Origin: Candidatus Dojkabacteria bacterium
GTDB taxonomy: Bacteria > Patescibacteriota > Dojkabacteria > J137
Length of the DNA stretch: 64,000 nucleotides
Reading direction: 5' to 3'
Assembly: GCA_030950485.1 (NCBI GenBank)
Contig: JAUZRK010000001.1
Location: 39,998 to 103,997 of the forward strand
The position numbers and the translations under genes are program-made. This document shows, one piece after another, positions 29,106 through 39,769 of this stretch. The notes beneath the pieces are model-generated. The model was given only the letters and a program-made list of their open reading frames with translations. It made no database searches and was not told the origin of the DNA. Position 1 is the stretch's first letter, and each line of letters opens with the position of its first letter.

Positions 29106-30286
29106 TTAAATGTGTTGATTTTGCTTAGCTGATAAAAGTAATTTAATTGTGTAGATCAAACCAATTAGTATTAGCGTGACTATACCAAGATATATAGTTA
29201 CATCTAATGCCCCAAATTCATCGATAAGACTACCTAATGGGATAGCGAGAATGACATATGGCATTCCTTTTATAATTGAAAAAGTAGACAATGCAGTGGC
29301 TCTATATTTTGATTCAATACTATCGTTTATATCTTTTGAATTTATAGCATTAATTGATGGTTCAAGCATAAATCTTATAGTTAGCAATACAATTGTTAAT
29401 ATAACTGAGTTGATATTTGTAAATAGTAAGCTCAATACGTATATAATTGAAAGAATACTGAAAAGTTTATTTGGTTCCATCTTAATTGTGGCTTTTGAAT
29501 ATATCCATGCGCCAAATGCGCTCGCAAATGTCATAGCTGAGAATAAAATTCCAAGCATTTCTTCAGGTATTCCTAATGCCATTGGATAAGCTGCATTCAA
29601 AACATTATCTAGTACATTCAGAACTCAAAATATGATTAAAAAATATACAAGCTTAATAAGTGGAATATTATGTTTAATTTGTTTTATACCTTCTCTGTTT
29701 TGTTTTATATAATTTCTTAGAGAAAATTTTTCAGAATCAATTGGAGGCTCAGTTATTAAAATTAGTATTAAAATTCCTCCTACTATAATAAATGTACCTG
29801 TAAAAAAATACGGTAATCCCTCATCAATTTTATATAGAAACCCACCAATTATTCCTGATACTCCTAGTAATAAGAGCTTATTTCTCTCTACTAGTGCCAA
29901 ATACTTATCATAAACATTTTCAATACCAAGAGATTTATGAGAATCATAGATTAACGCCTCAGCTGTTCCAGAATATAATGCAGCTCCTATTACTATTAGT
30001 AGTAAGGAGATAAAAGGTGATAGTATTCCGTACTAAATCCCATCAGAATATTTCCTAAACCAAATAGAAAAAAAGCAACGATTAAAGTACTCTTCTTTCC
30101 AAACAGATCGGAAAATGCCCCAGTGGGGATCTCAATTAATAATCCAAATTAAAACATAGAACTTTCTAAAAAGCCTATTCCTTCATAGTCTGGAATTGTC
30201 AGGTAAAATATTAACCAGACGCCTAGCCAGAACCAAGCCCTGTATAAAGCTAAGATATATTTTAAAACTTTTAGATTTTTCTCCAT
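29106..30286 (-). pseudogene. MFS transporter pseudogene
   Basis: Starts MEKNLK (30286); EIPTGAFSDLFGKK follows an in-frame TAA at 30149; further frameshifts and an in-frame TGA at 29625. Confidence 0.8.
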
Positions 30287-30874
30287 ATTTCTATTTATAT
30301 ATCTTTTTTTTGCTCTCAATGAATAAACTACCTTAACCATACTAGTTAACATGCCTTTTGCGTCTGCGTAAGATACATCTAACTTTGAGTACTGCGTTGT
30401 ATTATTTCTAACATTTATTAACTGATAGACCATTATAACGGTCTCATTATATAGATCCTCTTTAAAATCATCAGCTAATAACACTACTCTTCTAGCAATT
30501 TCACATTGAAATGCAAATTTATTCCCCTTATCTAAAACATCATAAAGATCAGTAATTACATTGTAGCTATTTATGCTTTTTATATCCGGCTGATGACTAT
30601 GACAGTGAAATACAATTGAGTGTAGAGCCATTATATCGTCAACTACGTTACGGTTTAAAGCAGTAATCCCTGGATGATTTAATAAGTAATCGCCTACTTT
30701 ATAGCCATCCTCAAGCTCAATATCATAAAAACTTGGTTGGTCATATTTTTCAAATTTCTTACTAAGTTTTGAGCTGGATCTATCTTCATCTAACGGAAGT
30801 GCAGCATACAGTTCGTCTTGCCTTTTTTCTGAAAATAAGTCTATATCATCTCTACCTAAATTCACTGTCAGCAC
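30287..30874 (-). CDS. Hypothetical protein running into the MFS start, probably through a poly-A frameshift
   Basis: In ORF 30149..30874 the last ~45 aa are the MFS N-terminus; the alternative frame ends AKKDI*. Confidence 0.5.
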
Positions 30875-30915
30875 TAATTAATGAAGTTAAAAAGCTTTTT
30901 ACCTCAGCAATTTTA

Positions 30916-31617
30916 TCATATAAACTCCCTTTTTTTACTATTATATGTATTAACTACAGCACTTCCAACAACTGCAATATCAGCATGTTGTGATAACGCT
31001 TTAATATGTTCAGATTTGGAAATTCCATAACCTACAGCAATTTCAGTTTTAATATATTTTTTTACTCTATTAATATGACTAGATAATTCTGGGTCTAATT
31101 CACTTTTTTCACCAGTCGTTCCTTTTCTACTTGATAAATAAATTAAATCTTTTGCGTACTTTGCATTTTTCTTTATCCTCTCATCAGTACTTGTCGGAGC
31201 AAGAAGCCTAATTGGGTTAATATTATATTTCTGGCGTAATTCAATAAAATGTTCTTTATCTTCCATTTCAATTGAAATATCTGGAATTATTAATCCATAC
31301 GCACCAGCCTCAGACGAATCCTTAATAAATTTCTCGAGACTATAGGCGTTTAAAATATTGAAGTAAGTCATAAATATTAGCTTTGCTTTTACTTTAGAGC
31401 TCATTTCTTTCATTAGTTTAAAAGCATCTTCTACTCTTGTACCATTTTCAGGTGCAATTCTATTAGCTTCCATTATTGTCGGTTCGTCTCCTAATGGGTC
31501 AGAAAAAGGGATCTGAAGTTCGATATAGCTAACTCCAACTTCGTCCATAGCCTCAATTAATTTCCTTGATTCTTCTAAAGTTGGGTATCCAACTACAATG
31601 TGTGTCATTAGTTTCAT
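30916..31617 (-). pseudogene. trpA: Tryptophan synthase alpha chain, probably degenerate
   Basis: IELQIPFSDP, GTTG and VVGSA motifs; conserved DGP reads DEP; an A7 frameshift removes the last helix (SKKGSLYDKIAEVKSFLTSL). Confidence 0.8.
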
Positions 31618-31774
31618 AAATTTGTTGTAATTTAAAATATAATTTTATATCTAATCCTTGTCGCATCCTCCCCGGCCCTCCTCCGAGCTCTAAGGAGAGA
31701 GAATGAGTTTGTGCCTTGAGCTGTACTTGCTTCCTCTATATGTAATGCCTTCTCTTTACAAATGAGAGGGAATT
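31606..31774. repeat. About 168-bp direct repeat, copy A (contains trpA start and GC-rich hairpins)
   Basis: Aligns by eye with 32316..32483, e.g. shared GAGCTGTACTTGCTTCCTCTATATGTAATGCCTTCTCTT. Confidence 0.9.
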
Positions 31775-31830
31775 TTGATCGCTACTACCTCCTTCCATGC
31801 CTCGGCCGCTATTAATTATGAAGGAATTAC

Positions 31831-32238
31831 TCACTCATTCTCTCCGTCAGCTATGCGGTCCTCCCTTCCGCGAAAGGAGGGTTGGGAGGGATGCTGCAAC
31901 AACCACAGCTTAATTCTCTCCACAACTCCCCCAACATTACTCATAATTTCATAATTCCAAAATCTTACAACTCGATATCCCATCCCATTTAACACTCTAG
32001 TTCTTTCAACATCATATTCTCTTCTACTCAAATGAACCTCTCCATCTACTTCGATAACTAACTTATACTTTGCAATATAGAAATCAACTATATATCTACC
32101 AATTACTTTCTGTCTTAGAACTCTAACACCTAATTTATCTCGTCTGATTTCTTGCCATAATATGTTTTCAGACTTTGCCATATTAGTTCTATTCTCCCTA
32201 GCAAATTTCTTTATCCTTCTCATAAAAAAAATTAGCAT
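31831..32238 (-). CDS. DUF559 / Vsr-like endonuclease
   Basis: E.ILW..IR, RQKVIGRYIVDFY, IEVDG.VH, D.ERT..L...GYRVVRFWN. Confidence 0.9.
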   Translation of the reverse strand: MLIFFMRRIKKFARENRTNMAKSENILWQEIRRDKLGVRVLRQKVIGRYIVDFYIAKYKLVIEVDGEVHLSRREYDVERTRVLNGMGYRVVRFWNYEIMSNVGGVVERIKLWLLQHPSQPSFRGREDRIADGENE

Positions 32239-32315
32239 AGGTTTCGATTATTCAATCATCCAAAATCTTATCTTTGTAAGCTTCTTGAAAGCTTTCTGAC
32301 ACTCTTTCAATTGTT

Positions 32316-32483
32316 CATTAATTTCATAAATTTGCTGTAATTTAAACTTTATTTTATATTTAGTCTTTGTCGCATCCTCCCCGGGCCTCCTTCGAGCTCG
32401 AAGGAGGGAGAATTAGTTTGGGCCTCGAGCTGTACTTGCTTCCTCTATATGTAATGCCTTCTCTTCACAAATGAGAGGGAATT
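32316..32483. repeat. About 168-bp direct repeat, copy B
   Basis: Contains the perfect palindrome CTCCTTCGAGCTCGAAGGAG (32387-32406). Confidence 0.9.
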
Positions 32484-32526
32484 CTCAATTCAACTTGTCT
32501 TAAACTACATGAATTCCTTAGAATAA

Positions 32527-33790
32527 TTAGAAAAATTCACTTTTACTTTTTACTTTTGCCTTCAAATAATCCCTAAACCCCTCATCCCCAAACTCCTCAG
32601 TCAGAATAAATAAGTCTTTATCTCCACGTCCAGATAAATTAATCACAATTACATCTTCCTTCTTAGTCTTAGGAACAAATTTAATTGCGTATGCGACAGC
32701 GTGCAATGATTCTAAAGTACCTATTATTCCTTCAGTTGCTGCTAATGTTTTAAAAGCTTCTTTTACTTTATTATCAGTAGCGTGTTCATACTTCACTCTA
32801 CCCTGCTCGTATAGCATTGCATGTTGAGGGCCGATACCTGCGTAATCTAGGCCTGCAGAAATACTGTGAGTAGGTTGAACTTGGCCGTCAGTATCCTGTA
32901 GAAAATATGATTTATAAACCTTCTACAACACCAATTTTTGGATCATTATTAAGTCTAGATGCATGATCACCTATTTCTTTAACTCCTTTCCCCCCTGCCT
33001 CAACTGCTATTAAATTAACTTCTTTATCATCTAGAAAAGTATTAAATATTCCGATTGAGTTACTTCCACCTCCAACACAAGCAATAATATAACTTGGTTT
33101 AGTTTCTCCATACTTTGTTATTTGCTCCTTAACTTCTAACCCTATAATAGATTGAAAACCTCTAACCATTGATGGATAGGGATGCGGTCCTAATGCAGAT
33201 CCTAGTAGATAATAGCTATCGTCGACATTTGCAATCCAATCTTGAATTGCAGCTGTAACCGCGTCTTTTAATCGTCTTGTTCCATGCTTTATCGGAACTA
33301 CTGTCGCTCCAAGGCTTTCCATCCAAAAAACATTCGGCCTTTGTCTTTTATAATCAACTTCTCCCATATAGACAATACATTCCATTCCAAATTTTGCCGC
33401 AACTGTTGCAGTTGCAAGTCCATGTTGACCAGCTCGGGTTTCGGCAATCAATCTTTTCTTCCCCATTCTTTTCGCCAGAAGGGCTTGACCTAAGCAGTGA
33501 TTAATTTTATGTGCTCCAGTATGGTTCAATCCTTCATTTTTTATATAAACTTTTCCTCCTCCTAATTTCTCAGTTAAGTTTTTAGCATAATATAAGGGTG
33601 TAGGTCTTCCTCAGTAATTTTTATATAAATCATTTAAAAATTCTGGATCATTTTTAGCAGCTATATAAGCATTTTCTAATTCTTCTAAAGCTGGTATTAA
33701 CATCTCAGGAACATACGCGCCACCATAATTACCAAAGAAGCCTTTATTATCTGAATCATATTGTGTCTTAATGAATACTTGCTTTACCAT
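32527..33790 (-). pseudogene. trpB: Tryptophan synthase beta chain pseudogene
   Basis: [34 protein letters not shown] and NLSGRGDKD motifs; in-frame TGA at 33611, +1 frameshift near 32915, AETGAG reads AETRAG. Confidence 0.9.
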
Positions 33791-34100
33791 GTAGTTCGTC
33801 ATAATAAGTAAATTCTGGAGATAAAAGTTCATTAATCTCATTTATAAAATCATTAGGGTTCTCAATGTCTGATACATCTGCTATTTTAGAGCTATCTAAA
33901 CATTGAATAATTTGTTGAACTTCGCTAGTGTCATTCCTTCTTAAAATAACTTGCCTTGCTGCAATAATAGAACCTTATAAGTTATTAGATTGGACTATCG
34001 TACCTATTATTAAATCAAGATTAAAATCAAACTGAGGATTAAATTCAATAGTCCTTCCCGTACTAATTATTTGTCTAACTAAATTACTAAACTGTATCAT
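33768..34100 (-). pseudogene. About 110-codon hypothetical first gene of the trp operon with an internal TAA
   Basis: MIQFSNLVRQII...SNNL*GSIIAARQVIL... stays in one frame up to the trpB start. Confidence 0.5.
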
Positions 34101-34112
34101 TTTAAAATTTCT

Positions 34113-34141
34113 AAAAAATAAAAAAACACCCTTTCGGGTGC
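34113..34141 (-). terminator. trp attenuator terminator
   Basis: GCACCC-GAAA-GGGTGTTTTTTT; GGGTG in the leader can pair with CACCC. Confidence 0.85.
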
Positions 34142-34163
34142 TTCATAAAATTTATTCGTTCAG

Positions 34164-34223
34164 CTACACCCAATAAAAATTGAGCTGCCACCAAGTTTTA
34201 GAAATTAGTTTAGAAAAGTTCAT
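34164..34223 (-). CDS. trpL: trp operon leader peptide MNFSKLISKTWWQLNFYWV
   Basis: Tandem WW plus a third W, with KTWW resembling enteric TrpL; attenuator structure follows. Confidence 0.9.
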   Translation of the reverse strand: MNFSKLISKTWWQLNFYWV

Positions 34224-34229
34224 AGAAGA

Positions 34230-34258
34230 ATGATACTATACTAGTCTGCTAGTATCAA
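34230..34258 (-). promoter_or_regulatory. Sigma70 promoter with TrpR operator between -35 and -10
   Basis: TTGATA-N17-TATCAT-6nt-ATG; the spacer holds ACTAGCAGACTAGT (E. coli operator core ACTAGTTAACTAGT). Confidence 0.8.
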
Positions 34259-34515
34259 CTACTTTTTATTATTTTTAATTCACCATTTTTTAAAGCCTTT
34301 GATCCCCTTGTTACAGTAGCAACACCTACTCCTAATTTCTTTGCAATATCGTGGTGCTTTTCTCCTTTTAAAATTAATTCAACTATATCTATTCTTTTAG
34401 GAATTTCTTTCATTTCTTTTGCTGTAAGGATTCTTTTTAAGAATTTTGATATTTCTTTTGGATCATTTATCTCTGCTAGGATATCTACTAATTTGTTGAA
34501 ACTTGATTTTTTCAT
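34255..34515 (-). CDS. trpR: Trp repressor family protein
   Basis: ILTAKE...R.....L......IAKKLGVGVATVTRGSKALK; directly upstream of trpL/trpBA. Confidence 0.88.
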   Translation of the reverse strand: MKKSSFNKLVDILAEINDPKEISKFLKRILTAKEMKEIPKRIDIVELILKGEKHHDIAKKLGVGVATVTRGSKALKNGELKIIKSS

Positions 34516-34604
34516 TATCTAAATTTAATAGATTAATATATTAAATATTGTGTTGAAGTGATTTAATTGATAATCTTATCTAGTATATAGAGTTTTTACA
34601 GAAA

Positions 34605-36329
34605 ATGAAGAAAAGAAAATTTTTAATAGGAATACTTTTAATTTTAACGATAGGGTTAGTAGGTGCATCACTATATGTAGGATTAAATCTACAAAATAGT
34701 GAAGGTCCTGAAGATAGTAGTGCAAGTACTTCTTGTACAGATACTTCTCCTGCATGTGTAGGGAAATCTAATGGTGATGACGCGGGATGTCAGGGTGGAG
34801 GGAGTGCTTTTAGATGTAAATGTGTAGCCGTTGCTTCTAGTGACCCTAACTGTAGTTCAGGAACTCTAAAAGTTAACTGTAGTTATGCTGATTCGAGCTG
34901 CGGTACTCCAACTAATAAATGTCCAAATGGTTCAAATTATTCAGGAGGTTGCGGTCAAGATGGATGCGCTTCTAATCAAAAGCCTCTTTTTGCTTGTGAT
35001 GCTAGTACAGAAAATACCTCTAAGACTGGTTGTCAAAGATCTCAAGATTGTGAAAATACAGTAGATCCTTGTAATGCTAATAGCGGTAGAGCTAATGCGT
35101 GTCAATGTTCTAGTAGCGGACAGTGTAGTTCAGGTTTTTGTAATTCAAGTAATAAGTGTGCAACAAAAACTAGTATAGGTGGCTTCACTTGCCCTAATCC
35201 TCCAAATGCCAGTGCAGTAATTTGTGCAGTATATGACTGCCCTAATGGAGATACTAATGGAGATGGCGAGTGTTTAGCTAGTGATGAAGGATCTAGCGAA
35301 GCTTTTTATACTTCAAACTGTCCAAGTAGCCCTCCTTCTGGTTGTGGTCAAATTGATTATTATACAGCTGCTAGCGGAAGTAGACCTGATTTTGGCTCTT
35401 ATTGTGGTTATTCATTCTTAAGCTTTAGCGCATGTAGTGGTGGAGTATCAGATCCTGTTTGCGGTAATGGTAAAAAGGAAGCTGGTGAAGAATGCGATGA
35501 TGGTAACAATAACAATAATGATTCATGTAATAATAATTGTAAGACAGTTGTACAACCTGTTTGCGGTGATGGGAAAATGGATGCAGGAGAAACTTGTGAT
35601 GATGGGAATAAAATAGATGGTGACGGCTGCGATTCTAATTGTCAAATCTCACCAAAATGCGGCGATGGCAATATGGATACTGGAGAGACTTGTGATGATG
35701 GGAATAATATTGATGGTGATGGGTGCGATAGTACTTGTCAAATTGAAGTAGATCCAACTTGCGGAGATGGGAATATGGATGCTGGTGAAACTTGTGATGA
35801 CGGTAACAATATAAATGGTGATGGGTGTGACTCAACTTGTCAGCTTGAAGAAAACCAATGTGGTGATTCTTGTACTACAAATTCTGAATGCCCTAATAAT
35901 CATTCTTGTATTTCAGGAACTTGTACTTTAAATGGTTGTACAGATAGTAACTGTGTTAATGGCTGTGCTCCAGTTTGTGGCGGACCTTGTACTTCTAATC
36001 TTGATTGTCCAAATGATCATAGCTGTGATTTAAATACTAATAAATGTATCTTAAGTGAATGTGCTAATGATCCTACTTGTATTAATAATGGCTGTCTTCC
36101 AAAGACTGCTCTTTTCTCTTCTGATAGCGGAATTCTAGCTGAAGAAAACAGACTTTTACTAAATGGTGTAGTTTTAATTATTAGCGCACTTTTAATTTAT
36201 AGATTAAAAGCTTTTAGTAAAACAGCAAAGTTTATTTCTGATGCAAATATTAGATTTACGTTTACAGGGAATGAAGATAGAAAAAGAAAAGAGTTTGAGA
36301 AAAAAATGAGTAGAAAAACTAGTAAATAA
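34605..36329 (+). CDS. Cys-rich surface protein with 4 Myxococcus-type (DUF4215) repeats and LPKTA + TM tail
   Basis: CGxGxxxxGExCDDGN repeats; N-terminal TM; LPKTA-hydrophobic-basic C-terminus. Confidence 0.85.
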   Translation: MKKRKFLIGILLILTIGLVGASLYVGLNLQNSEGPEDSSASTSCTDTSPACVGKSNGDDAGCQGGGSAFRCKCVAVASSDPNCSSGTLKVNCSYADSSCGTPTNKCPNGSNYSGGCGQDGCASNQKPLFACDASTENTSKTGCQRSQDCENTVDPCNANSGRANACQCSSSGQCSSGFCNSSNKCATKTSIGGFTCPNPPNASAVICAVYDCPNGDTNGDGECLASDEGSSEAFYTSNCPSSPPSGCGQIDYYTAASGSRPDFGSYCGYSFLSFSACSGGVSDPVCGNGKKEAGEECDDGNNNNNDSCNNNCKTVVQPVCGDGKMDAGETCDDGNKIDGDGCDSNCQISPKCGDGNMDTGETCDDGNNIDGDGCDSTCQIEVDPTCGDGNMDAGETCDDGNNINGDGCDSTCQLEENQCGDSCTTNSECPNNHSCISGTCTLNGCTDSNCVNGCAPVCGGPCTSNLDCPNDHSCDLNTNKCILSECANDPTCINNGCLPKTALFSSDSGILAEENRLLLNGVVLIISALLIYRLKAFSKTAKFISDANIRFTFTGNEDRKRKEFEKKMSRKTSK

Positions 36330-36406
36330 ATACTATTTAAATTGTAAATTAATTGTAATCATTCTCCTAAATTGATAGTCTGTATTGAGACGTTCACTAA
36401 CGACAT

Positions 36407-38734
36407 ATGAAGAAAAAAAGTAGAAAAATTGTAATTGCAATATTATTAATATTAACTCTTGGTTTAACAGGAGTTTCTGTTTATGTAGGACTTAATCTAC
36501 AAACTAGCGAAGCCCCAGAAGATTCAGCAGCAGGATGTTGGTGTACGGGATCAAATGAATGCCCTAGTGGTTACAGCTGGCAAGGCTCTGGCTCTGGCTG
36601 GTGTAGTGCTCCATTAGGCTGCTGTAATGCTGGAGGTGGCGGTTCGGCTGGAGGTGGAAGTACTGGAGGAGGGACACCTTCTACAGGAAGTTCTGACGGT
36701 TCTGCTTGTACATTCGGTAATAACTCTACTTGCGGTAACGTTTGTTGTTCATGTGGTAAGTGTGGGGGTGTTACAAAGACTTGTAATCAGATATGTGGAT
36801 CTTCAAGTGCAGGTGGAAGTAATCAATGTGAGACAGATACAGGAAGACCTGTAAATTGTGCTTGTAATAATGGTTCGCAGTGTTCATCTGGGAATTGTTC
36901 TGGTGGTACTTGTAAAAATGCTATTGACCCTTGTTCTGAGACTTCTGGAAGACCAAATGGTTGCTCTTGCAGTTCAGGATCTCAATGTTCAACGGATAAT
37001 TGCTCTGGAGGATCTTGTAAAACAACAGACAATACTGGAGGTGGTTCAACAGGTGGAGGACTAGGAGTTGGTGATGCTTGTACATTAGGAGGAGCTAGCT
37101 GTCCAACAGGATCGGCTTGTACACCGAATCAAAATGGAAACAATGTATGTAATGCTATTGATGGTTCAGGATTAGTAGATGGAACAAACCTAACTTACAA
37201 CCAGTGCGTTGCAAGTGGTTCTACTTGCGGTGGTAATTATATTGCATTTAACTGTCCTAATGGATTTGGAGACCAATGTTTTGAAAATGAATTAAGAACT
37301 ACTTCTTTATCTGCTGCTACTTCGCATATGAATGGTTGCGGGCAAGTTGACACAGTATTCCAAGGTGGTTCTTGTAATGATCGTTTATGCGGTGGATTTG
37401 TTATTTCAAAAACAAACTGTGGAGGAGGCGGTGGTGGTGGAACTGTAGACCCTGCTGGACCAGTTTGTGGTAATGGAGTAAAAGAAAGTGGTGAGCAATG
37501 TGATGATGGTAATACAAATAATAACGATAGCTGTAATAATAGTTGTAAAACTGTAGTTCAGCCAGTATGTGGTAATGGTCTTATGGAAAGCGGTGAAGCT
37601 TGTGATGACGGTAACAATAATAATGCTGATAGTTGTAATAATAATTGTCAGATTGTAGACGCAATTAGCTGTGGAGATGGCGTTATGGAAGGTGATGAGC
37701 AATGCGATGACGGTAATAACGTAAACAATGATGGGTGTAGTGCAACTTGTACTTTAGAGCAGTTTCAATGCGGGGAGCCATGTTCAGTAGATGCTCAGTG
37801 TCCAAATGGCCATTCTTGTCTAGATGGAATATGTACATTAGATACTTGTACAGCACAAACATGTACAAATGGTTGCCCTAACTCTTGTGGTAATGGTGTT
37901 TTAGAAACAGGAGAACAGTGTGATGATGGGAATAATACAAATGGAGATGGATGTAGCGCTACTTGTACACTAGAGGCAATAGATCCTCTTTGTGGTGACG
38001 GTAATCTTGACCCTGGAGAAGAATGCGATAATGGTACAGGCAATGGAGCTGTTTGTACTCCAACATATGGAAATAATTGTCAGTTCTGTTCTCTTAACTG
38101 TTCTCAGTTAGAAATTGAAGGACCTAGCTGTGGTAATGGAACAGTTGAAAGTATGGAGCAATGTGATCCCTTAGCAACACCTAATGGCTGCGCAGCATCT
38201 TCAACATGTACTAGCTCTTGTATTTGTGAACCTGTGACTGGTCCACAATGTGGTGATACCTGTGGATCAAATCTAGATTGTCCAAATAATCATTCATGTA
38301 TTTCTGGTAAATGTACACTTAATGGATGTACCGATGGAAACTGTGTTAATGGTTGTTTCCCACTATGTGGAGGACCATGTACCTCAAATAAAGACTGTCC
38401 AAATGATCACACTTGTAATTTAATAACTAATCGTTGTGTATTAAGTGAATGTGCAAATGATCCAACATGTATTAATAATGGATGCTTGCCAAAGACTGCA
38501 ATATTCTCATCTGATGATGGAGTATTCTCTGAAAGTAATAGAAATTTAACTTTTGGGTTAATGATTATGGCTACTGCTCTATTGCTTTATAAGTTTAATT
38601 TCTTTACAAAGATAGGTTTAAATCTTACTGGAAGTAAATATAGATTTGTATTCTCTCCTTTAGATAATGATCTAAAACAAAAAGGATTTGAATATAAAGT
38701 AGAAAAAGACTTAGAAGATAAAGCTAAAGATTAA
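36407..38734 (+). CDS. Cys-rich surface protein paralog with about 6 DUF4215-type repeats and LPKTA + TM tail
   Basis: Same architecture; near-identical CPNNHSCISG...ECANDPTCINNGCLPKTA block. Confidence 0.85.
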   Translation: MKKKSRKIVIAILLILTLGLTGVSVYVGLNLQTSEAPEDSAAGCWCTGSNECPSGYSWQGSGSGWCSAPLGCCNAGGGGSAGGGSTGGGTPSTGSSDGSACTFGNNSTCGNVCCSCGKCGGVTKTCNQICGSSSAGGSNQCETDTGRPVNCACNNGSQCSSGNCSGGTCKNAIDPCSETSGRPNGCSCSSGSQCSTDNCSGGSCKTTDNTGGGSTGGGLGVGDACTLGGASCPTGSACTPNQNGNNVCNAIDGSGLVDGTNLTYNQCVASGSTCGGNYIAFNCPNGFGDQCFENELRTTSLSAATSHMNGCGQVDTVFQGGSCNDRLCGGFVISKTNCGGGGGGGTVDPAGPVCGNGVKESGEQCDDGNTNNNDSCNNSCKTVVQPVCGNGLMESGEACDDGNNNNADSCNNNCQIVDAISCGDGVMEGDEQCDDGNNVNNDGCSATCTLEQFQCGEPCSVDAQCPNGHSCLDGICTLDTCTAQTCTNGCPNSCGNGVLETGEQCDDGNNTNGDGCSATCTLEAIDPLCGDGNLDPGEECDNGTGNGAVCTPTYGNNCQFCSLNCSQLEIEGPSCGNGTVESMEQCDPLATPNGCAASSTCTSSCICEPVTGPQCGDTCGSNLDCPNNHSCISGKCTLNGCTDGNCVNGCFPLCGGPCTSNKDCPNDHTCNLITNRCVLSECANDPTCINNGCLPKTAIFSSDDGVFSESNRNLTFGLMIMATALLLYKFNFFTKIGLNLTGSKYRFVFSPLDNDLKQKGFEYKVEKDLEDKAKD

Positions 38735-38739
38735 CAACT

Positions 38740-39587
38740 TTAAGGTAGTTCTATTCTAGGTTCTTCTAGATCCATCATTTGCATTAGCAACTTGTATCTT
38801 ATAAGAAAATCTTCTATATCGATAGATTCCCATTCTTCGGGTGCCTGACCCCTAAATAGAGCTGAACTAATATAATTTGAATCTCTTAACCTTAATGGGT
38901 TCATTATTTTTCTATATTTAACCCTTGCATCTTTCATACTAGTTCCTTCTTTTTTTGCTGCTACAATATTGTTCATACTTCTATTATTAGCATCCCCATA
39001 TTCCTTAGAATTATCTATTAGATAATTACTTACCTATGATAGTCTTTGAAGCAAATCCGATCTAGTACCTTCTTCTAGCTTACTTAGAGAATCATTAATA
39101 TAAGTTTCAATAATTCTATAACTATTAAGATTATTAATAAGAGTCTTAGTGCCCTCTTTATCTATAAAAAAACTTGATTATCTATTAGAGTAATATGTGC
39201 AGAATAGCTTAAGACCGATCTTAGTGTATCTTCTTGATTCATCGTTATAAGATCAGGTAGTTTTAACAGTGTATTTATAGCAGCATAAGCGAGAAAGAAT
39301 TCGTTTTTGAAAACTTCAACAGAACTTAATAAAGAAATTCCTAAAGGCATATGCCTCTTCTCCATTGCCTTGAAATAGTAACCATCATTTTTTGATTCCT
39401 CATCTATCTGTTGTAAGTGACCAATTATATCTGCAGTTATGTCCCCGTTAGCATCAATATTAAGCATCTCTACAACTTTTAGTATTACTACTTGTGAACT
39501 TCCTTGTGCATATTTTTCTGTCGTAATAACCTTCAGATCTAGGCCTTCAGGGTTTAGATAATCATCTCCCAATTCATCTATTAACAT
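38740..39587 (-). pseudogene. Hypothetical gene with a frameshift (about 39170) and an in-frame TAG (about 39035)
   Basis: The two ORF-track fragments are joined by an open segment (IDKEGTKTLINNLNSYR...). Confidence 0.55.
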
Positions 39588-39769
39588 ACTTACATAATAT
39601 TAATATTATTTTGTCTAGATATTTAGACTGGGGATTTTATCACAACCAATAACGTTATCCGATACTGGCGACGTAATTAAGCTATCTACTTATATGTCTT
39701 ATTCTTTGTGTTAAGTGATTAAAGATAGGGCTTTTGCCTAGGCACAGTAAAAGCTAATATACTACTTCT

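Noticed and set aside
33611-33613. In-frame TGA in trpB as evidence of recoding (code 25, code 4 or selenocysteine)
   Set aside because: Core genes have no internal TGA, Gly uses GGN and Trp uses TGG, other broken genes contain TAA or TAG, and trpB has additional lesions.
35450-38170. Periodic DNA repeats resembling a CRISPR array
   Set aside because: They are codon-degenerate protein repeats inside long ORFs, with no identical repeats or spacers and no cas genes.
35900-38500. Near-identical blocks in the two Cys-rich genes as a DGR template/variable repeat pair
   Set aside because: Differences are mostly synonymous rather than adenine-specific, and there is no reverse transcriptase in the window; ordinary paralogy.
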